From Escherichia coli 042 (lineage in GTDB: Bacteria > Pseudomonadota > Gammaproteobacteria > Enterobacterales > Enterobacteriaceae), in the NCBI RefSeq assembly GCF_000027125.1, contig NC_017626.1: 64,000 nt of DNA; one strand, written 5' to 3'. Positions within the stretch are counted from its first letter, which is position 1; each line of letters starts with the position of its first letter. Below are positions 47,600-54,953 of the stretch, piece after piece. The position numbers and the translations under genes were made by a program. The notes beneath the pieces were generated by a model. That model saw nothing but the letters and a program-made list of their open reading frames with translations, had not been told where the DNA came from and made no database searches.

Positions 47600-47806
47600 T
47601 TACGGACGGGATTGTGCAATACGCGCCTGCAACCAGGCTTCCACTTCACTTTTCAGCCATCGGGAGCTGCGGCCGAGTTTGATGGGGGCCGGAAAGGCAC
47701 CATCCTTGATGAGCTTGTAAAACCACTTATCGGTTAAGCCGGTCAGTTGAGTGATAAACGCCATGTCGACCATCTGGTCATCCATCAGCGAAACTGGGGT
47801 ATTCAT
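47600..47806 (-). CDS. alpA: AlpA-family phage/island transcriptional regulator (MerR-like HTH)
   Basis: ORF 47600-47878. The ATG at 47806 has the SD GGAGG. MNTPVSLMDDQMVDMAFITQLTGLTDKWFYKLIKDGAFPAPIKLGRSSRWLKSEVEAWL... Confidence 0.85.
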   Translation of the reverse strand: MNTPVSLMDDQMVDMAFITQLTGLTDKWFYKLIKDGAFPAPIKLGRSSRWLKSEVEAWLQARIAQSRP

Positions 47807-48504
47807 GAAAATGTTCCTCCGGATGTTGTTAATCTCAACCGGCGTTGGTGATGAAAAACGCACCACCTTCACTGGCATAACAACCGGGGAGAAACGTAAA
47901 AAATGAGCAGGGGAATATTCCTGTCGGGAGATAAACAGGGAGCATGATGCTGGGATACCCGGTGGCTACCGCGAAACGATGTTTCTCGCGCGTACGCACG
48001 ACAGAGAAGGGATGATTTTCGGGAGGATGAGGGGAAGAACCGTCGTTCTTATAATTGCAGAGTTATTTACGGGGCGGTTACGGTGGGGCAGCTCGTGCCT
48101 TGTGGGCAGGGACAGGTATCACCGATGGGATAAGACTGTCTGATTGGTATTATAAATATATAAGAGAGATCAAACACATGAGTTCATATCTGTGAAATAA
48201 ACACTGTGAGTGTGATCAGTGGGTATGAGAACGCAGTAGCAACAGATTACGTTGTACTCACAGGGCTATCCCTGATAGCTGGCGTATAACCTGCGTATAT
48301 AAAACGTACCTGCAACACACGTGAACAGAGTGCATTAAGCATCCGTCTGAGCGGTAAACGTATCCGACCTGGTGAGTGACAGTCTGAGAGACCGGTTAAG
48401 TGGTGGTGCGGGAGTAATGAGTTTGGGGTGGGTACCAGAATGCCAGTCAGGTGCGGTATGCTGGCAGTATCACGTTAATTGCAGCATAAAGTGATGAGAG
48501 GCTA

Positions 48505-48717
48505 ATGGAAGTTAAAACCAAAGAAGACTGGCTGTATCAGTTCCGTCGTTGTTCATCCCGGGAGACGCTGGAAAAAGTGATTTCCCACACACGTTATAAA
48601 CTTACCCTTGCGGAGCTGGAAGCCTTCAACTCTGCGGTTGATCACCGACTGGCAGAACTAACCATGAACAAACTTTACGATCGCGTTCCGGCTTCTGTCT
48701 GGAAATATGTTACCTGA
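48505..48717 (+). CDS. Hha/YmoA-family H-NS co-regulator paralogue
   Basis: 70 aa. ...[14 protein letters not shown]...[36 protein letters not shown] matches by eye the Hha signature RRC..TLERVIE...[27 protein letters not shown]. Confidence 0.85.
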   Translation: [70 protein letters not shown]

Positions 48718-48956
48718 ACGTTCGGTAATCACAGCGGTATTGTGCCGGGCGTTATATGCCTGTGATTCTTTTGCTCTTCTCTGGTTGCTGCAAAGCTGAA
48801 TATGTTCCTGTTGTTGGAGGCCGAGGTAATACCGGGAACGTTAAGCGGTATAGCGACAACAAAGAATTCGAAATCAAAAGGGAATGGTGTACGGAGGTGC
48901 GGGCGGTAATGGGCCGATTTTCGGGCATTACCGACCTCTGCTGAGGTTTTCTCGTA

Positions 48957-49130
48957 TTAGCCGGGGATCCGGTGCGTTGAATATTGACGGCATAAACCGA
49001 CAGGCAGAGTCAGCACCAGCAGTGACGTCAGTAGACAGCGCCGACGATCGGTATTCCGGTAATGGGCAACATCCGTATTATGAGTAATTGCCTTACCACA
49101 ATCCCTGCACACCGTTTTGTGTATCACCAT
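48957..49130 (-). CDS. Possible unannotated 57-aa small protein (CxxC + one TM helix)
   Basis: Manual translation gives MVIHKTVCRDCGKAITHNTDVAHYRNTDRRRCLLTSLLVLTLPVGLCRQYSTHRIPG*. Strong SD GAGGAGGGAG immediately upstream of the ATG at 49130. Below the ORF-track cutoff. No homology evidence. Confidence 0.3.
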   Translation of the reverse strand: MVIHKTVCRDCGKAITHNTDVAHYRNTDRRRCLLTSLLVLTLPVGLCRQYSTHRIPG

Positions 49131-49333
49131 AGCTCCCTCCTCACAGTCTTATCTGTAACCGGTTTTTGGCATTAAAAAAACAACGCTGAAAATTCAGCCG
49201 TCAGTCCGGAGACGACAATCGGGTTATCACAGAGTGCCTGAGATATTGCCCGGTTGGAGGTCACTTCAGGGACTCTGCGCATTTTTTACGGCGTGGTTAT
49301 TCCGTATGAACGAAACCATACGGAGATTTAACC

Positions 49334-49903
49334 ATGACATACGAGTACAACCCCTTCTGGCAACAACGTATCCGTGAGACGGTGCTGCGCGCACTGGATG
49401 TTCATCCCCGTCTGACGGCATTGCGGATTGACCTGCGTCTCCCGGATGTACCGGCAGCAACTGACGCAGCAGTGATATCCCGCTTCATCAATGCCCTGAA
49501 AGCCCGAATCGATGCTTATCAGAAGCGTAAGCGCCGTGAAGGCAAACGCGTGCATCCCACAACCCTGCATTACGTCTGGGCCCGGGAGTTTGGGGAGTGC
49601 AAAGGTAAAAAACACTATCACCTGATGCTGCTGGTCAACCGGGATACCTGGTGTCGTGCCGGCGATTACCGCGCTCCGGGATCACTGGCCGGGATGATTA
49701 AACAGGCGTGGTGCAGTGCCCTGGGAGTGGATACCGGAGATCATACCACGCTGGCGCATTTTCCGGTCAGGCCGGCGGTGTGGCTGGAACGCGATGATGA
49801 CACCGGCTTTCAGCAGGTGCTGGAGCGTGCTGACTATCTGGCGAAGGAGAGTACCAAAGCTTACGGCACCGGTGAGCGCAACTTTGGCTGCAGTCGTGGC
49901 TGA
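49334..49903 (+). CDS. Inovirus Gp2-family protein (YagK/YfjJ family)
   Basis: 189 aa, MTYEYNPFWQQRIRETVLRALDVHPRLTALRIDLRLPD...HYVWAREFGECKGKKHYHLMLLVNRDTW...; pattern recalled from CP4-6 YagK / CP4-57 YfjJ. Confidence 0.75.
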   Translation: MTYEYNPFWQQRIRETVLRALDVHPRLTALRIDLRLPDVPAATDAAVISRFINALKARIDAYQKRKRREGKRVHPTTLHYVWAREFGECKGKKHYHLMLLVNRDTWCRAGDYRAPGSLAGMIKQAWCSALGVDTGDHTTLAHFPVRPAVWLERDDDTGFQQVLERADYLAKESTKAYGTGERNFGCSRG

Positions 49904-50064
49904 GCCCGACAGACGACTTATCTGACCTTAGTGTGATGACGTGTTCACAGCGACCACACTGATTTTCCCTTCTGAGACTGAACTGAAAACCGCCATTCAC
50001 ACCCTGACCACGCTGCCCGTACCGGGACGGCTGTTGCCTGCGTGTCGTCTGGCGGCTGAGGAAT

Positions 50065-50454
50065 ATGACGATGTACGCAAAATCCTTTCTCGCACTTGAT
50101 GGCAACGGACGTCTGACCGGTGCCCGTACCGCACAGACAGCGCCATACGATCGTTACACCTGCCACCTCTGTGGCAGTGCTCTCAGATACCACCCGCAAT
50201 ACGACACTGAACGTCCCTGGTTTGAACACACTGACGACGGGCTGACTGAGCATGGTCATGAGTGCCCTTATGTCAGACCGGAGCGCAGAGAAATACTGTT
50301 GATTAAACGCTTACGGCAATTCGTACCGGACGCCTTACCCGTAGTGCGTAAAGCCAGCTGGCACTGCAGACAATGTCACCACGATTATTATGGGGAGCAG
50401 TACTGCACACACTGTCATACAGGGCGCTTCAGTGAGGAGGTGGTTGCAGAATGA
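50065..50454 (+). CDS. Zinc-ribbon protein, paralogue 1
   Basis: 129 aa with two modules: CHLCGSALRYHPQYDTERPWFEH and WHCRQCHHDYYGEQYCTHCHTG. Confidence 0.65.
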   Translation: MTMYAKSFLALDGNGRLTGARTAQTAPYDRYTCHLCGSALRYHPQYDTERPWFEHTDDGLTEHGHECPYVRPERREILLIKRLRQFVPDALPVVRKASWHCRQCHHDYYGEQYCTHCHTGRFSEEVVAE

Positions 50455-50863
50455 ACGGTATAAAAACGGGGCTGGGATCACGCCGGGTGAGCACATTATC
50501 AGTGCCGATTCTGCGCTCAGCAGAAATATCCGGCATTGTTTCTGTCTTTCCTGTCGTGGCCGGTTGATTTTGCAGACAGATGCTCAGGGGGCGTGGTTTG
50601 AGCACGATTTACATGCCCTGAGCGCGCAACAGAAGGCGGCCTGCGTGGTGCTGAATCCGGAAAAATCCCATCCTTACATTGATGATATGGCGATGTTTTT
50701 ATCGCCATTACCTGTCGTGCTGGAGTGGCATTGTGTGATGTGCGGGCAGCATTTTTCCGGGAAAAAGTTCTGTGAAGCCTGTGGCACGGGGATTTATTGC
50801 AGAGCGGCATGTACGAAGTATGTTTACAGATACCAGCCAGATTTGCTCCGGGACCAGGAGTGA
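50390..50863 (+). CDS. Zinc-ribbon protein, paralogue 2 (start uncertain)
   Basis: Same two-module layout: CFCLSCRGRLILQTDAQGAWFEH and WHCVMCGQHFSGKKFCEACGTG. The ORF-track ATG at 50390 overlaps paralogue 1 by 65 nt. A TTG at 50444 just after the SD GAGGAGG is a plausible true start. Confidence 0.55.
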   Translation: MGSSTAHTVIQGASVRRWLQNERYKNGAGITPGEHIISADSALSRNIRHCFCLSCRGRLILQTDAQGAWFEHDLHALSAQQKAACVVLNPEKSHPYIDDMAMFLSPLPVVLEWHCVMCGQHFSGKKFCEACGTGIYCRAACTKYVYRYQPDLLRDQE

Positions 50864-50868
50864 GGGAG

Positions 50869-51051
50869 ATGCGACATAATTACTTGATCATGCCAGTCAT
50901 GCCCCTGCCGGATCCGGATGTGGTCCGGCGCTTTGTTCCGCGGACGGTGGCTCACTGGCTGTGTCTGCTGATGATCCTCTTTATGCGACATTCAGACAGG
51001 GGAGACATCGATAAACATCATCATCTGCGGGCAAATAGTTACACAGAATGA
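50869..51051 (+). CDS. Possible 60-aa ORF coupled to the zinc-ribbon gene
   Basis: The ATG at 50869 follows the SD GAGGGAG and starts 6 nt after the previous stop. MRHNYLIMPVMPLPDPDVVRRFVPRTVAHWLCLLMILFMRH.... No homology evidence. Confidence 0.25.
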   Translation: MRHNYLIMPVMPLPDPDVVRRFVPRTVAHWLCLLMILFMRHSDRGDIDKHHHLRANSYTE

Positions 51052-51135
51052 TCATTGCTACCGGTTATGGCAAAACTTGGTGATGACCAGGTGAACCATC
51101 GGTGCTTCCGTTGATTCTTATGGACTGATAAAGTT

Positions 51136-51795
51136 TTGTCAGCTGAATCTTTATACGGAATGCTCTTCAGTATGCGTACACAAATTGACTATCTGGCGGA
51201 TAAATACTGTTTTACAGAACGGAACGAATCGCCCCGTCTTCGCCAGCAGTGGCAGGATGTTCTGGAGGAGTGCCGGCAGACAGAGGCCGGGCCAGAAGAA
51301 CGGCTGCGTATTGCACTGCTGAATGTGGATTACGTCACCAGTTTTGAACTGCCTTTTCGCTTGTTGCTTACCCGTACACCACAACTGATTGCTGCGCTGC
51401 GTGAAGAATGGGGAATCAGCCAGAAAAATGTGGTGTTTAACGATAAACGGTTTGGCTGCGTGTACAGCCTGAAGGCCAGCCTTTCTGGTGTGCCGGATAC
51501 ATTCCGGTATCATCTGTCTCATCGTATTCGTCGCGTGGTTGGGAATGAAAACACATCATTGCCATATCAGCAGGTTGCCCGGGAAGTGAAAGCGCCCCGT
51601 GAACGGCTGAAGTATGCACTGGAGGCGGGTTTACTGGTGACTGCACTGGACGGCCTGTTCTGGTTTGGCAGTCAGCGTATTGCGGCTGATGTTCTGAGGC
51701 TGAGAAAGGCCGGAATGCCGGTGGTGACCACGACCGTGGAGGTGCACGATAACCTGACAGGAACAACCCGCAAAGTACCGGCATACCATCTCTGA
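51136..51795 (+). CDS. Hypothetical 219-aa protein (start uncertain)
   Basis: Uninterrupted ORF in the plus-strand block. TTG at 51136; alternative ATGs at 51160 and 51172. No family recognised. Confidence 0.5.
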   Translation: MSAESLYGMLFSMRTQIDYLADKYCFTERNESPRLRQQWQDVLEECRQTEAGPEERLRIALLNVDYVTSFELPFRLLLTRTPQLIAALREEWGISQKNVVFNDKRFGCVYSLKASLSGVPDTFRYHLSHRIRRVVGNENTSLPYQQVAREVKAPRERLKYALEAGLLVTALDGLFWFGSQRIAADVLRLRKAGMPVVTTTVEVHDNLTGTTRKVPAYHL

Positions 51796-51890
51796 TACAA
51801 CCATCAGGGGGAATATTGCTCTGGCAGCAGCAGTACGACATTCTTTATACTTTATCCCCGTGCCTGAAAACATGTGCTAAGGAAACGGGA

Positions 51891-52124
51891 ATGGCAAGGT
51901 CCGATTACGATATTATCAATCTGTCTCTGGAACATGAACTGAATGAGTGGCTGGCAGAGAGAGGTTATGCCGGACTGGTGGATAACCGGAACCGCCTGGC
52001 AGAGGTGGTTACCCGGAAATTGCAGGACAGCTTTTATATCAACGTTTCCTGGGATGCGCTGAACACAGCATACAGTGAACACCCGGAGTGGTTTTCAGGG
52101 CTTGTCTCCGGGGATGAGAATTAA
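51891..52124 (+). CDS. Hypothetical 77-aa protein
   Basis: The ATG at 51891 is preceded by the SD AAGGAA. MARSDYDIINLSLEHELNEWLAERGYAGLVDNRNRLAEVV... Confidence 0.45.
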   Translation: MARSDYDIINLSLEHELNEWLAERGYAGLVDNRNRLAEVVTRKLQDSFYINVSWDALNTAYSEHPEWFSGLVSGDEN

Positions 52125-52176
52125 TAAGTGGATTATGCTGCCATCAGGCAATGTGATTGCCGGCAGGGATTTCGTT

Positions 52177-52368
52177 TTATTCTGTTTCTTCCCGGGGTTC
52201 GGGTTTGAATTTTCCCAGGAAGTTGTACATCGGTCGCATGCAGGGATGCGGATAGCCGTCCCGCATAAACACCACCCGGGTTTCCTCAACACTGGTCACG
52301 GTGACAAGCGCACCATGATCGTCTCTGTATCGCTGATTGATTTTCGGTAATGGAATATCTTCTGACAT
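52177..52368 (-). CDS. Small protein, DUF4222-like
   Basis: 63 aa, MSEDIPLPKINQRYRDDHGALVTVTSVEETRVVFMRDGYPHPCMRPMYNFLGKFK.... Family name recalled with moderate certainty. Confidence 0.5.
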   Translation of the reverse strand: MSEDIPLPKINQRYRDDHGALVTVTSVEETRVVFMRDGYPHPCMRPMYNFLGKFKPEPREETE

Positions 52369-52417
52369 AGATTTCAGAACGGTAACAGTTAACTAAATTT
52401 TCATGTGGTAGCACTGA

Positions 52418-52450
52418 ATCAGGAGTCTCTGCCTCCTGATGTGTTTTGTT
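52418..52450 (+). terminator. Hairpin + T-rich tail upstream of the T6SS promoter
   Basis: atcaggag-tctctgc-ctcctgat (8-bp stem) followed by gtgttttgtt. Confidence 0.35.
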
Positions 52451-52745
52451 AATCTTCTGTTTTTACTAGAAATCCCCTCACTCCTTCTTTCATTGCATTT
52501 TGTTGGGCCCTTCCTCCATATCTTTCCCGCTTTCCAGAAATCACGTCAATGCTGCTGAAACTTTACTCATTGTGATTTTCAATGACTGAAATCAAGAAAA
52601 TACAGTGTTTATGTTAACTGGCTGTATCAAAAGTGTTTTGTGGAATAATTTTCTGTATTTTTACATTAACAATGGTTATAAGCTTTGAATATTCATTATT
52701 TTGCGACATTCCATAGAATAAAGTCCTGATTATTTGCATTATATC

Positions 52746-52798
52746 GATCGATGTATCTGTTATATTGAGATTTTTCAGATCTTCGTCCTATAATGATC
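52746..52798 (+). promoter_or_regulatory. T6SS (tssB) sigma70 promoter with three GATC sites
   Basis: -35 TTGAGA (52765-52770), an 18-bp spacer, and a perfect -10 TATAAT (52789-52794). GATC at 52746-52749, 52778-52781 (in the spacer) and 52795-52798 (abutting the -10). AT-rich Fur-box-like stretches include tataatgatcaaaattaaa. The ATG of tssB lies about 75 nt downstream. Confidence 0.6.
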
Positions 52799-52874
52799 AA
52801 AATTAAATCAGTGCACAAGGGGAGGCATCTGCGGTGATGGAACCCCTGAGATGCAGGTTTCACAGGAGAGAGCC

Positions 52875-53372
52875 ATGAGCAGTTCGTTTCAGAATGAAAT
52901 CCCGAAAGCAAGGGTAAATCTGAAATTAGACCTACATACGGGTGGTGGGCAGAAGAAAGTGGAGCTTCCGCTCAAACTTCTGGTTGCCGGTGATTTCAGT
53001 AACGGACAGGAAGAGCGTCCACTGTCAGAGCGTGTAAAAACGGATATTAATAAAAACAATTTTAATGATGTTCTGGCAGATATCTCCCCGTCTGTACATC
53101 TGAATGTGGAGAACACGCTTGCCGGTGATGGCTCTGAAGAGAGCATCAGCCTGACTTTCCGCAATATGAACGATTTCACGCCAGAGCAGGTCGCCCGACA
53201 GATTCCCCGTCTTAAAGCCATGCTGGCCATGCGTAGCCTTCTGCGGGACCTGAAAGCCAATCTGCTGGATAACGTGACTTTCCGTAAAGAGCTGGAAAAA
53301 ATTCTGCGTGACCCGGCACTGAGTCAGACGCTGCGTGATGAACTGCGTGCACTGGTGCCGGAAAAGGCGTGA
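52875..53372 (+). CDS. tssB: TssB (VipA/ImpB) small sheath subunit
   Basis: ORF 52851-53372. The ATG at 52875 has the SD AGGAGAG. MSSSFQNEIPKARVNLKLDLHTGGGQKKVELPLKLLVAGDFS... is the canonical TssB N-terminus. Confidence 0.95.
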   Translation: MSSSFQNEIPKARVNLKLDLHTGGGQKKVELPLKLLVAGDFSNGQEERPLSERVKTDINKNNFNDVLADISPSVHLNVENTLAGDGSEESISLTFRNMNDFTPEQVARQIPRLKAMLAMRSLLRDLKANLLDNVTFRKELEKILRDPALSQTLRDELRALVPEKA

Positions 53373-53393
53373 TTTAACGGATTACGAGAGAAA

Positions 53394-54938
53394 ATGCTGA
53401 TGTCTGTACAGAAAGAAAAGAACGTTGCAGAGAGCGTGGTATCTGAAGCGCATGCCGGCGACAGCGTATATGCTTCCCTGTTTGAAAAAATTAACCTGAG
53501 TCCGGTATCTGCCCTGAGTGCACTGGATATCTGGCAGGATCCACAGGCCATGTCAGAAGCATCTGCAGATGAACGTCTGACGGCAGGGATGCAGGTGTTT
53601 ATGGAGTGTCTGGCAAAAGCCGGCACGCAGGTGGAAAAACTCGATAAAGCGCTGATTGACCATCATATTGCAGAGCTTGATTATCAGATCAGCCGTCAAC
53701 TGGATGCTGTGCTTCATCATCCGGAATTTCAGAAAGTGGAGTCGCTGTGGCGGGGCGTGAAGTCCCTGGTGGATAAAACGGACTTCCGCCGTAATGTGAA
53801 AATTGAGCTGCTGGATCTGTCCAAAGACGATCTGCGTCAGGATTTTGAGGATGCGCCGGAAATTATTCAGAGCGGCCTTTATCTGCAGACCTATGTGGCT
53901 GAGTATGACACGCCGGGTGGTGAGCCCATTGCCGCCCTGGTTTCAGCCTGGGAGTTTGATGCATCTGCACAGGACGTGGCGTTGCTGAAAAATATTTCCC
54001 GGGTGGCGGCATCTGCACATATGCCGTTTATTGGTTCAGTTGGCCCGGCGTTCTTCCAGAAAGAAACCATGGAAGAGGTGGCTGCCATCAAGGATATTGG
54101 CAACCACTTTGAGCGTGCCGAGTACATCAAGTGGAATGCTTTCCGTGAGACGGACGATGCCCGCTATATTGGCCTGGTGATGCCCCGTGTACTGGGACGC
54201 CTGCCGTATGGCCCGGATACCGTACCTGTCCGCAGCTTTAACTATGTTGAAGAGGTGAAAGGACCGGACCACCATAAATATCTCTGGACGAACGCGTCTT
54301 TTGCCTTTGCAGCCAACATGGTGCGCAGTTTTGTCACCAACGGCTGGTGTGTTCAGATCCGTGGGCCTCAGGCCGGTGGTGCGGTGCAGGATTTGCCAAT
54401 CCATTTGTATGATCTGGGAACCGGTAATCAGGTCAAAATTCCGTCAGAGGTGATGATCCCGGAAACGCGGGAGTTTGAATTCGCGAATCTGGGCTTTATT
54501 CCGCTCTCTTACTACAAGAACCGGGATTATGCCTGCTTCTTCTCTGCTAACTCCGCCCAGAAACCGGCGCTGTACGATACGCCGGATGCAACGGCGAACA
54601 GTCGTATTAATGCCCGTCTTCCCTATATCTTCCTGCTGTCCCGTATTGCGCATTACCTGAAGATCATTCAGCGGGAAAATATCGGTACCACCAAAGATCG
54701 CCGTCTGCTTGAGCTGGAGCTGAATAACTGGATCCGGGGACTGGTGACGGAGATGACCGATCCGGGTGATGAACTGCAGGCCTCGCATCCGCTGCGTGAC
54801 GGAAAAGTGGTGGTGGAAGATATCGAAGACAATCCGGGATTCTTCCGCGTGAAACTCTACGCCGTACCGCATTTCCAGGTAGAAGGTATGGACGTCAGCC
54901 TGTCACTGGTTTCGCAGATGCCGAAGGCAAAAGCGTAA
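53394..54938 (+). CDS. tssC: TssC (VipB/ImpC) large sheath subunit
   Basis: 514 aa, directly after tssB. Conserved TssC stretches include ...HPEFQKVESLWRGVKSLV... and ...PFIGSVGPAFF.... Confidence 0.95.
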   Translation: MLMSVQKEKNVAESVVSEAHAGDSVYASLFEKINLSPVSALSALDIWQDPQAMSEASADERLTAGMQVFMECLAKAGTQVEKLDKALIDHHIAELDYQISRQLDAVLHHPEFQKVESLWRGVKSLVDKTDFRRNVKIELLDLSKDDLRQDFEDAPEIIQSGLYLQTYVAEYDTPGGEPIAALVSAWEFDASAQDVALLKNISRVAASAHMPFIGSVGPAFFQKETMEEVAAIKDIGNHFERAEYIKWNAFRETDDARYIGLVMPRVLGRLPYGPDTVPVRSFNYVEEVKGPDHHKYLWTNASFAFAANMVRSFVTNGWCVQIRGPQAGGAVQDLPIHLYDLGTGNQVKIPSEVMIPETREFEFANLGFIPLSYYKNRDYACFFSANSAQKPALYDTPDATANSRINARLPYIFLLSRIAHYLKIIQRENIGTTKDRRLLELELNNWIRGLVTEMTDPGDELQASHPLRDGKVVVEDIEDNPGFFRVKLYAVPHFQVEGMDVSLSLVSQMPKAKA

Positions 54939-54953
54939 GGCAGGTGTCGGGAA

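Larger units (their letters stand above)
31683..47806 (-). mobile_element. CP4-44/CP4-57-like integrative-element module, integrase-less
   Basis: The minus strand carries the canonical order alpA ... GTPase - flu - yeeR - (exported protein) - DUF905 - DUF932 - antirestriction - radC - yeeT - cbeA - cbtA - yeeW - DUF4942. No int ORF lies upstream of alpA. Confidence 0.6.
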
